Of a DNA stretch of 63,636 nucleotides, positions 29,451 through 38,264 are shown piece after piece. Positions within the stretch are counted from its first letter, which is position 1. Every line of letters starts with the position of its first letter. The position numbers and the translations under genes were made by a program. The notes under the pieces were generated by a model. The model worked only from the letters and a program-made list of their open reading frames with translations, was not told the origin of the DNA and did not search any database. This DNA comes from Magnetococcales bacterium (GTDB lineage Bacteria > Pseudomonadota > Magnetococcia > Magnetococcales > JADFWT01), in the NCBI GenBank assembly GCA_015233785.1, contig JADFWT010000003.1, positions 1 to 63,636 on the forward strand. Direction: 5' to 3'.

Positions 29451-30224
29451 CTATTTGGCGGGGCCGTTCAGCGCCCAATGGTAGGGCAGATGCCCCCGAA
29501 TGCGGAACCCTTGAGGAAGGTCGGGTCGGTAGTGTCTGAGAAAGGCGTTCAGGTTTCCAAAGTCTTTCTCAAACCAGTCGAATATCTTTGAGAGGCGAAC
29601 CTGTTGGCCTTTGAGGCGCAGCCCTTTGCTTCGGTTATGCAGAAAGTGCCGGGTTTGATCTTCCAGTTGCTGTTCCAGTTTGGCGGCGGAGTAGGGTTCT
29701 GAGCGCAGATCGGGACAGCTCAGGGAAGCGCAGACGATGGCCATATGGATTCTTGGTTCGCCCATGGGGCGCAGAATCTCATGTTCGACTTCATGCAGGG
29801 TGACGATTTTGCCGGAGAGTCGCCCGACCCTTTTTTTCCACACCGGGGTGAAGAGCCCGCCGACCTTTTTGATGCTCTTGGTGGGCCAGTGATCCAGAAC
29901 CATCTTGATGGCCAAAACATTGTAGGCGTTGATGTGGAAAGCCAGTTTCTCTTTGTGCCCCTTGAGCTTGGCAGCGGGGAAATCGGCCATCATGTTGACC
30001 ACGCGTGGAAAATCCCGATCCATGTTGAGGGCCGGATAGTTGAGCCAGCTCAGTTGGATGCCTTGGTGGGTAGTGTGGGTCAGGTGGCGCTTTAGTAGTC
30101 CGGCGTAAAGGTTCCAGTTGGGTTCTTGGGTGGGGGCGGGGGTGGGGAGGAGTAGTGATAACAGAAGAGCTGTCAGGAGAAGGATGAGGTGTGGTCGAGG
30201 CCGTAGGAAATGGTTGAGACGCAT
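29451..30224 (-). CDS. DUF547 domain-containing protein (secreted)
   Basis: Trimmed to the ATG at 30224 (signal-like MRLNHFLRPRPHLILLLTALLLSLLL). The DUF547 core is AFHINAYNVLAI...TLHEVEHEILR...PRIHMAIVCASLSCPDL. The ATG overlaps the upstream TGA (TGATG). Confidence 0.8.
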   Translation of the reverse strand: MRLNHFLRPRPHLILLLTALLLSLLLPTPAPTQEPNWNLYAGLLKRHLTHTTHQGIQLSWLNYPALNMDRDFPRVVNMMADFPAAKLKGHKEKLAFHINAYNVLAIKMVLDHWPTKSIKKVGGLFTPVWKKRVGRLSGKIVTLHEVEHEILRPMGEPRIHMAIVCASLSCPDLRSEPYSAAKLEQQLEDQTRHFLHNRSKGLRLKGQQVRLSKIFDWFEKDFGNLNAFLRHYRPDLPQGFRIRGHLPYHWALNGPAK

Positions 30225-30814
30225 CAAATTAGTTGCAGAATATTGGTGAGTTGTTTGAAGTCTGGGCTTCGCCATTGAAGCATATAGAGCAGATCGTTGA
30301 TTTCGGGACGCTCTGCAAGCTGCTCCAGAGGGACACCTGTAAGTTGTTTCATCTCCCATGTAACGGAGAGTCCTACGTGAAGTGCCAGCAATGGGTTGAT
30401 GAAGGTAACCCAACTATCATTAATGTTACGACACACCTGTACAGGTCGAATGCGGTTTAGCCAGCACATGATCACCGCTCCTTGTCGTGCTGCAGAGGGA
30501 CCACTTTTTGATTGGTCATGAAATTCATTGGGATAGTGCAGATCAAGCCATGCCACATCAATGGCGGTTTGCAGTAGGTGAATGTTGAAAAAAAACCGGA
30601 TATCGGATGAGAGACCGGAACAGTTCTCAAGAGGTTTCTCTTGGGAGCCGTTCAGAGTACCGAGTTCAGGGTGGCGTTTCGTGAGGTCTTCGATGGCGAG
30701 GCGAATATATTCGTAGATGATGCGTGAATATTGACGTGCTTCATCGCTTTGGAGTTTTTGCTTCAGTGAGCTGTTGAATCGCAGTTTATAGGCATCGAAA
30801 CTCATGATAACCAC
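30224..30814 (-). CDS. hypothetical protein (196 aa), orphan, translationally coupled to the DUF547 gene
   Basis: Clean ORF in an AT-richer stretch. The start is GTG 30814 or ATG 30805, downstream of AGGAG. I recognise no motif. Confidence 0.55.
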   Translation of the reverse strand: MVIMSFDAYKLRFNSSLKQKLQSDEARQYSRIIYEYIRLAIEDLTKRHPELGTLNGSQEKPLENCSGLSSDIRFFFNIHLLQTAIDVAWLDLHYPNEFHDQSKSGPSAARQGAVIMCWLNRIRPVQVCRNINDSWVTFINPLLALHVGLSVTWEMKQLTGVPLEQLAERPEINDLLYMLQWRSPDFKQLTNILQLI

Positions 30815-30906
30815 GTCACTCCTGGAAGCTGCTGAATGCTAGTCAGCACAACCTTATACTCGGGTTATGGGTGGTCTGTAAATGTCTTATGGTCTTATGA
30901 GGCCAT

Positions 30907-30939
30907 GAAAAACGCACCGGATTTGCAAAACCCGATGCG
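30907..30939 (-). terminator. rho-independent terminator after the 74-aa ORF
   Basis: The minus strand reads GCATCGG-GTTTTGCAAAT-CCGGTGC-GTTTTTC, about 20 nt after the stop at 30961. Confidence 0.7.
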
Positions 30940-30960
30940 TTCAGGCGTTCGGATATGAAT

Positions 30961-31185
30961 TTATTGGGCGGTGTCGGTACCGTAAATCAGATCTCCCACT
31001 TTGGAGACGATTTTGCGACTGGGCATCGGGGGGAGTCGTCGACCATCGTTTTCGGTTGAGTGTGTCGCATCCAAGGAGCCATTGGCAGCGTTTGTATTTA
31101 CCTCTTCCTTATATGCGTCAGGCCAGTGACGTCCAAAGTCGTTTGCAGCCCTGCTCTCAATCGTCTTACCTTCCTCGACCTTCAT
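30961..31185 (-). CDS. small hydrophilic hypothetical protein (74 aa)
   Basis: The internal ATG at 31185 of ORF 30961..31389 has GGAGGAG 7 nt upstream. The gene has its own terminator downstream. The predicted protein is hydrophilic and probably disordered. Confidence 0.5.
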   Translation of the reverse strand: MKVEEGKTIESRAANDFGRHWPDAYKEEVNTNAANGSLDATHSTENDGRRLPPMPSRKIVSKVGDLIYGTDTAQ

Positions 31186-31310
31186 GGTTGCTCTCCTCCA
31201 AATTGCTTTGGCAAAAAATGATCTAAAACGCCTCATGCAGGGAAAACATTCTACGCGCACATGAGAATTTTTTATATGAATATAATTTTTCCGTTGTCTG
31301 AATTTCAGAT

Positions 31311-31326
31311 GGTTCCCTAGGGAACC
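31311..31326. promoter_or_regulatory. perfect 16-bp palindrome, candidate operator upstream of the 74-aa ORF
   Basis: GGTTCCCTAGGGAACC lies about 125 nt upstream of the ATG at 31185, in an AT-rich region that also holds TTATATGAATATAA. Confidence 0.3.
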
Positions 31327-31524
31327 GAATACCACCCTTTTGTCTATTCCGGAAGGAAGAAACTGCCTTTCCGCCGATATTTTTGTCAATGTCGGCCAGG
31401 GCTGTCAATTCTGGTTATGATTTTATCAAACAAATGAAAATTTTAAAGAAATTTCATGTTTGTCTGCGCATTTCATCGTGGTTGGTCTTGGCAGGAAACG
31501 GTGTTCAGTTTTATTACGCACAAT

Positions 31525-32619
31525 CTATGCCGCCAGCGCACCCCCACACGAAGAGCCCTGCCCTGCGGTGCAGCCGAAGCAGTGGTTGCCGGTGAGGATG
31601 GTTCGGTGGGCCAGTTTCTCCAGGTCGATCTCCTGAATTCTGACAGGTGTTGGGCCACCGATGGGCATCTCCAGTGCCAGATTGAAGTCGCAGTCGTAGA
31701 GCAGGCCGTCCCAGCCGATGCTGAGCTGGTTGCGGCACATCACCTCATCCAGTGTGGTCGGGTTGAAGGCCTCCTCAAGCAGCGTCTGGTACTGGTGGGC
31801 TTGTCCCTCCCGGCGCAGATCGGCGAGAAAGCGCCCGATGGGCATGTTGGCGATGGTGAGCAGGCTGGTAAATCGCAGCCCGAAGCGCTGTTCCAGCGCC
31901 CGACGGTAATCGCTCTCCAGCAAGCGCTGGTTGGGGGGCAAGGAGGGGCCGCCGGGGTTGTAGACTAGATTGAGTGCCAACGCCGGGCTGGTGCCGTAGC
32001 CCAGGTTGTTGAGCAGTTTCATGGCCATCACGGCCTGATCGTAGCTGCCGTCGCCCCGCTGCCGATCTACGTTTTCTTTGAGATAGCAGGGTAGGGAGGC
32101 CACCAACTGCACGGCATGATCCCGCAGAAATTCTGCCAGTCCGGCGCACTCCGGTTCCAGCAGCGCCGAGAGATTGGTGCGGAGTTGTACAGCCATATCC
32201 CGCCCGCGCAGTTCGGAGATGAAGCGCCTGATGTGGGGATGCAGTTCCGGGGCACCGCCGGTAAGATCCACCTGGCGGGTCTTGGCGGTGTTGGCCAGAT
32301 CAAGGATGGCGGCCATGGTGTCCCACGCCATGCGCTCCTTGCGTTGTGGCGATGCGGCCACGTGGCAGTGTTGGCACTGGAGATTGCAGCGTAGCCCGAT
32401 GTTGGCCTGGATGGTCTCCAAGCTGCGGCTCTGGAGTAGGCCGCTGTTGGTGTGGGGCTGAATGGCGGTTTGAAAACGGTTCACGTTATATCGGCTCTCT
32501 TGGAAAAGTCGTATTGGCGGATACGGATGAGGGCGGTCCAGCCTGATTTGGTAAGACGCTTTCCTAAGAGTTGTAACAAGATCGGGGAATGATCGTCTAC
32601 CAATAGGTGGTGTGGACAT
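31525..32619 (-). CDS. radical SAM/Cys-rich-domain protein of the ArsS (TIGR04167-like) family
   Basis: Trimmed to the ATG at 32619. It has the CNLQCQHC radical SAM motif and a C-terminal signature (MCRNQLSIGWDGLLYDCDFN ... HCFGCTAGQGSSCGGA) characteristic of the ArsS/DUF3641 family. Confidence 0.8.
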   Translation of the reverse strand: MSTPPIGRRSFPDLVTTLRKASYQIRLDRPHPYPPIRLFQESRYNVNRFQTAIQPHTNSGLLQSRSLETIQANIGLRCNLQCQHCHVAASPQRKERMAWDTMAAILDLANTAKTRQVDLTGGAPELHPHIRRFISELRGRDMAVQLRTNLSALLEPECAGLAEFLRDHAVQLVASLPCYLKENVDRQRGDGSYDQAVMAMKLLNNLGYGTSPALALNLVYNPGGPSLPPNQRLLESDYRRALEQRFGLRFTSLLTIANMPIGRFLADLRREGQAHQYQTLLEEAFNPTTLDEVMCRNQLSIGWDGLLYDCDFNLALEMPIGGPTPVRIQEIDLEKLAHRTILTGNHCFGCTAGQGSSCGGALAA

Positions 32620-32844
32620 GGCGATAGAGGCGGGAGAGGGTGATATGGATTGCCATCCCCAGGCCGTTATTTTATGGAGCACACGGACCTGAAGGAAAAA
32701 AAACGTGCTGGAATGGTCGTCATTTGCCATACTTCCCTGGAAAAATGAAGGTCGTTCATTATCAAGTCGGGCCATGCTTTGCTGGATCCGGTGTCGTGGT
32801 GATGAACTGTGATCCGGCTTTGCTGTTGGGGAGAGCTTTGCTGA

Positions 32845-33891
32845 ATGCGACCGAGGAGCCTAAAAAACATCGCGCTTAACCTGCTGCTGATGCTGGTTGC
32901 GGTGGTGATCTGTCTGTTGCTCGGGGAGATTGCAGCGCGGATGTCCGATTACTACCCACGGGTGCGGACCCCTCCCTATCTGTTTGCCAACCACTCAAAG
33001 ACCGGTTGGGTATTGAACCCTGGAGGTGTGTTTCGGCTGCGAACCCTGGATGGTCCCGTGGTGTATCGCATCAATGACCGGGGAAATCGTGGGCCGCGTG
33101 TGCCACAGAAGGGGCGTTACCGCATTGATGTGGTGGGAGACTCCACCACCTTCGGTTGGGGGGTTAATGACGACGACACCTTTGTGCGCATTGTGGAGAA
33201 AAGGCTTCAGGCATCGGGTCGGGGGCTGGATGTGGTGAATCTCGGGATTCCTGGCTTCGGGACCTGGCAGGGGTTTGAGCGGCTGCGGGAGTATGCCAGG
33301 CGTTGGGGGGATCCCAACTTGGTGATCTACGCCTTTAGCACCAACGATCCGGTGGATAATATTGCCGGGCGTAAAGTGGTGGTGAACGGTATTCGTATGG
33401 GGGCGCATTACCGCTTTAAGCCGCTGCTCTCCCTGGTGGGGCATCTCTATCAGCGCTCGACGCTGGTGGCCATGGCCGCGGATGTTTGGGAGAAAAACTC
33501 CGGCAACGCCAGACAGAAGGCCGCCAAAAAAGTGCAGCTGGCCGGGGTGTCGGATGTGCGGGATCGCAAGGATTTTATCTCCACGCGGCGTCACGTGAAA
33601 CGTATGATTCATTGGACCAAGCAGCGTGGGATACCCATGTTGGTGGTGATCATATCGGGCCGGGTTTACAACGCACCGCTCAAAGAGGTGTTGGCCCAGG
33701 AGAAGGTGGGGGTGTTTGAGTTTGGGGCGCTGTTTGATGCCCGGGGCGGTATGGATCGGTTTGTGCTCAAATCGGATAGCCACTGGGCGCCCAGCGGGCA
33801 TCGGTTGGCGGCGGACGCCTTGAGTGATCTGTTGGAAAAGAGCGGCTGGCTTCCCGAGGCGGGATCCAGTAACGCTGGTGGGGAGAAGTAG
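32845..33891 (+). CDS. SGNH/GDSL-type hydrolase, membrane-anchored
   Basis: N-terminal TM helix, GDS block (IDVVGDSTTFGWG), and a C-terminal DSHW block (LKSDSHWAPSGH). Confidence 0.8.
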   Translation: MRPRSLKNIALNLLLMLVAVVICLLLGEIAARMSDYYPRVRTPPYLFANHSKTGWVLNPGGVFRLRTLDGPVVYRINDRGNRGPRVPQKGRYRIDVVGDSTTFGWGVNDDDTFVRIVEKRLQASGRGLDVVNLGIPGFGTWQGFERLREYARRWGDPNLVIYAFSTNDPVDNIAGRKVVVNGIRMGAHYRFKPLLSLVGHLYQRSTLVAMAADVWEKNSGNARQKAAKKVQLAGVSDVRDRKDFISTRRHVKRMIHWTKQRGIPMLVVIISGRVYNAPLKEVLAQEKVGVFEFGALFDARGGMDRFVLKSDSHWAPSGHRLAADALSDLLEKSGWLPEAGSSNAGGEK

Positions 33892-33893
33892 AG

Positions 33894-34292
33894 ATGTCCA
33901 GTGGTGTGCAGTTACCGTCGGAGCGTTCGTTCGGCGTGGTGTTTACGATATTTTTTGCCATTGTTGGGCTCTGGCCTCTGCTGGTTGGGGGCACGGTGCG
34001 TCTTTGGGGATTGGTGTTGGCGGGGATTTTTCTGCTGCTGGCTCTGGTGAAACCGGAGGTGTTGCGGCCTCTGAATCGGCTCTGGGCCAAGTTTGGTCTG
34101 CTGCTGCATACGGTGATGAGCCCGATTCTGCTGGGGATTCTGTTTTTCGGCCTCTTTACCCCCATGGGGGTGGTGCGGCGGCTGATGGGTAAGGATGGTC
34201 TGCGGCTGCGCTTTGATGAGAAGGCCGACAGCTACTGGCAGAAGCGAGAGGATCCCGGTCCACCGCCGGAGTCCATGAAGCAGCAGTTTTAG
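33894..34292 (+). CDS. SxtJ-like small membrane protein
   Basis: 132 aa with three TM helices. It starts 2 nt after the SGNH stop. Its family and its position next to a carbamoyltransferase match the SxtJ arrangement as I recall it. Confidence 0.6.
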   Translation: MSSGVQLPSERSFGVVFTIFFAIVGLWPLLVGGTVRLWGLVLAGIFLLLALVKPEVLRPLNRLWAKFGLLLHTVMSPILLGILFFGLFTPMGVVRRLMGKDGLRLRFDEKADSYWQKREDPGPPPESMKQQF

Positions 34293-34361
34293 TGCCGGGT
34301 GCCATCCACTTTGCGGCGGTGGAAGATGGGTGGTTGCTTAAGATGAGATGGGAGGGTTGAG

Positions 34362-34511
34362 ATGTCTTTTTTTGCAGAGCTTTGGGCCTTTATGCGTCAT
34401 CGCAAGAAGTTTTGGCTGCTGCCGATTTTAATCATGATGGTGCTGTTGGGCGGGTTGATTGTCTTCTCCCAAGGTTCGGCGGTGGCACCGTTTATCTACA
34501 CGCTGTTTTAG
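34362..34511 (+). CDS. DUF5989-like 49-aa membrane peptide (not in the supplied ORF track)
   Basis: My own translation is MSFFAELWAFMRHRKKFWLLPILIMMVLLGGLIVFSQGSAVAPFIYTLF*. GGAGGG lies 5 nt upstream of the ATG, and the stop is 12 nt before the carbamoyltransferase ATG. Confidence 0.7.
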   Translation: MSFFAELWAFMRHRKKFWLLPILIMMVLLGGLIVFSQGSAVAPFIYTLF

Positions 34512-34523
34512 GGCTGGCTGGGT

Positions 34524-36362
34524 ATGCGTATTCTCGGCATTTCGGCTTTTTATCACGACAGCGCTGCCGCTCTGGTGCGCGATGGTCAGGTGATTGCGGC
34601 AGCCCAGGAGGAGCGTTTTACCCGCAAAAAACACGATCCCGCCTTTCCGGCTCGGGCCATTGTCTCCTGCCTTGAGCAGGACGGCGTGCGGCTGAGCGAG
34701 CTGGATCATGTGGTGTTTTACGACAAGCCGTTTCTCAAATTTGAGCGGCTGATGGAGACCTATCTGGCCTTTGCGCCGCGGGGCTTCAAGTCGTTCCGCA
34801 TGGCCATGCTGGTCTGGATCAAGGAGAAGCTGTTTCAAAAAAAGCTGTTGGTGGATGAGCTTACAAAGATTGATGCCGGGTTTGATGCCCAGCGGCAACT
34901 GCTCTTTACCGAACACCACCAGAGCCACGCCGCCAGCGCCTTCTATCCATCGCCCTTTGAAGAGGCGGTGGCGTTGACCATGGATGGTGTCGGTGAGTGG
35001 GCCACCACCTCGGTGGGCATCGGGCAGGGCAACCGGCTGGAGCTTACCCGAGAGATTCACTTTCCCCACTCGTTGGGGCTGCTCTATTCGGCGTTTACCT
35101 ATTATACCGGTTTTCGGGTCAACTCCGGCGAGTACAAAATTATGGGTCTGGCTCCCTACGGCGAGCCCAAGTATGTGCAGAAGATCTATGATCATCTCAT
35201 CGATCTAAAGCCGGATGGCTCCTACCGGTTGGATCTCTCCTATTTTGACTACTGTACCGGTCTGACCATGACCAACGCCAAGTTTGCCAAGCTGTTCGGC
35301 GGCCCGGCTCGGGAGATGGGGGCCGAGGTGACCCAGCGGGAGATGGATCTGGCAGCGTCGATTCAGGTGGTGATCGAAGAGGCGGTGCTGCGCATCACAC
35401 GCTCTCTGGCCAAGGAGACCGGCATTCGTAATCTCTGTCTGGCCGGCGGCGTGGCGCTCAACTGCGTGGCCAACGGTAAAATTCTGCGGGATGGTCATTA
35501 CGATAATGTATGGGTTCAGCCCGCCTCTGGGGATGCTGGTGGGGCGTTGGGGGCGGCTCTGGCGGCCTATTATTGGCACAAGGATCAGCCCAGGGAAGCG
35601 GACAATGTGCATGACCACATGCAGGGCTCCTATCTGGGGCCGGCGTTCGCCCAGCCGGAGATTGAACGCCGTCTCCGGGCCGAAGGGGCCAAGTTCGAAG
35701 TGTTGGAGGATGATGCCCTGTATGACGCCTGTGCCGAGGCGCTCACCAATGACAAGGCGGTAGGTTGGTTTCAGGGCCGTATGGAGTTTGGTCCCAGAGC
35801 GTTGGGTGGTCGCTCCATTATGGGGGATGCCCGTTCGCCCACCATGCAGTCTGTGTTGAATCTAAAGGTGAAGTATCGGGAGTCGTTCCGTCCCTTTGCG
35901 CCGTCGGCGTTGGCCGAGGAGGCGTCGGAGTGGTTTGACTTGAGAGGTGTGGACAGTCCTTACATGTTGATGGTGGCAGATGTTCTGGAGGAGAAGCGGC
36001 GCACCATGACCGAAGAGGAGCAGGCGCTGTTCGGCATTGCCAAGCTCAACGTGCCCCGTTCGCAGATTCCGGCAGTGACCCATGTGGACTATTCGGCGCG
36101 CATTCAGACGGTCCACAAGGAGACCAACCCCCGGTATCATGCGGTAATCTCCCGCTTTCGGGATCGCACCGGGTGTCCGGTGATCGTCAACACCAGCTTC
36201 AACGTGCGTGGTGAACCGATTGTCGGCTCGCCGGAGGATGCTTTTCACTGCTTCATGGGCACCGAGATGGAGGTGTTGGCGGTGGGCAACTGTCTACTGA
36301 GAAAAGAGCATCAGGACGCCAAGCTGGCTCGGGACTACAAGAACGAATTTGAACTGGATTAA
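34524..36362 (+). CDS. carbamoyltransferase (NodU/CmcH family)
   Basis: MRILGISAFYHDSAAALV..., EERFTRKKHD and GGVALNC motifs, with a C-terminal YrdC-like carbamoyl-AMP domain. The length (612 aa) is typical of the family. Confidence 0.9.
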   Translation: MRILGISAFYHDSAAALVRDGQVIAAAQEERFTRKKHDPAFPARAIVSCLEQDGVRLSELDHVVFYDKPFLKFERLMETYLAFAPRGFKSFRMAMLVWIKEKLFQKKLLVDELTKIDAGFDAQRQLLFTEHHQSHAASAFYPSPFEEAVALTMDGVGEWATTSVGIGQGNRLELTREIHFPHSLGLLYSAFTYYTGFRVNSGEYKIMGLAPYGEPKYVQKIYDHLIDLKPDGSYRLDLSYFDYCTGLTMTNAKFAKLFGGPAREMGAEVTQREMDLAASIQVVIEEAVLRITRSLAKETGIRNLCLAGGVALNCVANGKILRDGHYDNVWVQPASGDAGGALGAALAAYYWHKDQPREADNVHDHMQGSYLGPAFAQPEIERRLRAEGAKFEVLEDDALYDACAEALTNDKAVGWFQGRMEFGPRALGGRSIMGDARSPTMQSVLNLKVKYRESFRPFAPSALAEEASEWFDLRGVDSPYMLMVADVLEEKRRTMTEEEQALFGIAKLNVPRSQIPAVTHVDYSARIQTVHKETNPRYHAVISRFRDRTGCPVIVNTSFNVRGEPIVGSPEDAFHCFMGTEMEVLAVGNCLLRKEHQDAKLARDYKNEFELD

Positions 36363-36391
36363 AAAAAGGCCGAGGGGAAAAAGGTAAGAAG

Positions 36392-37387
36392 ATGGAAAAT
36401 GCAGCACAAAGACGCATATTAATCACCACCGTCCCCTTCGGCGAAGTGGATCGCACGCCCCTGGAGTTGCTGGAAGCGGCAGGCATCGAATACCTGATCA
36501 ACCCCCTCAATCGCAAGCTTCGGGAGGAGGAGTTGGCGGAGATGGCGGGCGCGTTCGGCGTTTTGATTGCCGGCACCGAGCCCATCACCGACCGGGTCAT
36601 GGAGAACGCCCCCCATCTACAATTGATTTCCCGAGTGGGGATTGGTCTGGACAGCGTGGATCTGCTGGCGGCCAAGCGCCGGGAGATTGCCGTCTCCTAC
36701 ACCCCTGATGCCCCAGCTCCGGCCGTGGCCGAGTTGACCATCGGCCTGATGGTGTCGCTTCTGCGTCACTTCTCGCTCTCCGACCGCCGTCTCAGAGAGG
36801 GCCATTGGCACCGCTTTATGGGTCGCAGGCTCAACAAGATCACCGTGGGCGTCATCGGCGTTGGGCGCATCGGGCGTAAGGTGATTCGCCTTTTGAAACC
36901 TTTCGGTGCCAAGGTGCTGGCCAACGACCTGGCGCCCAATGAAGCGTTTCGGGACGAATATGGCTTCGAGTGGGCCGAGAAGGAACGTATCTATCGGGAG
37001 GCCGATCTGATCACCTTCCATCTGCCGCTGACCAAGGTGACCAAGCATCTGGTGCGCACGGAGCAGATGATGTTGATGAAGCCGGACGCCATTTTGATCA
37101 ACACGGCGCGGGGCGGCATTATCCATGAGCTGGATCTGGCCAAGGCGCTGGAGGAGAAGCGCATCGGCGGCGGGGCCATCGACGCCTTTGAGGAGGAGCC
37201 CTACAACGGGCCGCTCTCCGGGTTTGAGAATGCGCTGCTTACCTCCCACATGGGCTCCATGAGTGAGGATTGTCGGGCGCGTATGGAGCTGGAGGCGACC
37301 CAGGAGGCGATTCGCTTTTTGAAAGGTGAGACGTGTATTGGGACGGTGCCTCAGACTGAATACGACGTTCAGAGTCAGGGGTTGTAG
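36392..37387 (+). CDS. D-isomer-specific 2-hydroxyacid dehydrogenase (phosphoglycerate-dehydrogenase-like)
   Basis: GVIGVGRIGRKV NAD motif, with the catalytic R/E/H pattern (NTARGG...D..E...SHMG). Confidence 0.85.
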   Translation: MENAAQRRILITTVPFGEVDRTPLELLEAAGIEYLINPLNRKLREEELAEMAGAFGVLIAGTEPITDRVMENAPHLQLISRVGIGLDSVDLLAAKRREIAVSYTPDAPAPAVAELTIGLMVSLLRHFSLSDRRLREGHWHRFMGRRLNKITVGVIGVGRIGRKVIRLLKPFGAKVLANDLAPNEAFRDEYGFEWAEKERIYREADLITFHLPLTKVTKHLVRTEQMMLMKPDAILINTARGGIIHELDLAKALEEKRIGGGAIDAFEEEPYNGPLSGFENALLTSHMGSMSEDCRARMELEATQEAIRFLKGETCIGTVPQTEYDVQSQGL

Positions 37388-37397
37388 AAGGTAAGTC

Positions 37398-37478
37398 TTG
37401 GGGCGTCCAGAGGGCCTCAGCTCTTCTGGCGGGAGCAGGGCAGTGTTCCTGCCAGGGGTATGGGGACAGAGTCTCCAA
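37398..37478 (+). repeat. multi-hairpin intergenic repeat, copy A
   Basis: TTGGGGCGTCCAGAGGGCCTCAGCTCTTCTGGCGGGAGCAGGGCAG...GGGGACAGAGTCTCCAA. The first ~45 nt are nearly identical to copy B. It ends 24 nt before the ATG at 37503. Confidence 0.85.
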
Positions 37479-37502
37479 TTAAAGAGAGAGAAGGCAAACA
37501 TC

Positions 37503-38258
37503 ATGATCGTAGCTTTGATGCTGGGACGCGAAGGAAGCACCGGCTTCCCAGGAAAAAACCTGATGAAGGTGCGCGGCAGGCGCCTGATGGAGTATCCGCT
37601 ACTGGCGGCCAAAGCCTCGAAACATATCGATGCTTTCTACATCTCCACCGACTCGCCGGGCATCAAGAAGGTCGGGCGCAAGCATGGCGTTCAGATCATC
37701 GACCGCCCGGACTACCTCTGCACCAAAGAGGCGCTGGGAGATGATGCCTATGTGCATGGCTACGAGCTGATTAAAAAAGAGAATCTGGAGGAGATTGAGC
37801 TGGTGGTGCTGCTGTTTTGCAACGCCATCACCATCACCACCGAAGCCATTGATGAGGGAATTGCCGCTCTCAGAGCCGATCCAAGTCTCGATTCGGCGGT
37901 GACCGTCTCGCGCTACAATATGTGGAGTCCGCTCAGGGCGCGGAAGCTGGATGATGAAGGTCTGCTTCAGCCGTTCGTCCCCTTTGAGACCTTTGGCGAT
38001 CCCAAGACGCTCAACTGCGACCGGGACTCCCAGGGGGATGTCTTTTTTGCCGACATGGGGGTCTCCATTGTGCGGCCCCGTTGCCTGGAGGCGCTCTCCG
38101 AGGGGATGTTGCCGCAGAAGTGGATGGGGCAGCGTATCCACCCCATTCGCCAGGAGGGGGGGTTCGACATCGATTATGCTTGGCAACTGCCCGGTATTGA
38201 GTGGTGGATCGATACCCACTTCAAGAAGAATAAGAAATCCAAAAAGAAGAGATCGTAG
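37503..38258 (+). CDS. NeuA/CTP_transf_3-type cytidylyltransferase with Lys-rich C-terminal tail
   Basis: Trimmed to the ATG at 37503. It has the N-terminal nucleotide-binding motif LGREGSTGFPGKNL and ends in HFKKNKKSKKKRS. Confidence 0.8.
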   Translation: MIVALMLGREGSTGFPGKNLMKVRGRRLMEYPLLAAKASKHIDAFYISTDSPGIKKVGRKHGVQIIDRPDYLCTKEALGDDAYVHGYELIKKENLEEIELVVLLFCNAITITTEAIDEGIAALRADPSLDSAVTVSRYNMWSPLRARKLDDEGLLQPFVPFETFGDPKTLNCDRDSQGDVFFADMGVSIVRPRCLEALSEGMLPQKWMGQRIHPIRQEGGFDIDYAWQLPGIEWWIDTHFKKNKKSKKKRS

Positions 38259-38264
38259 AAGACC

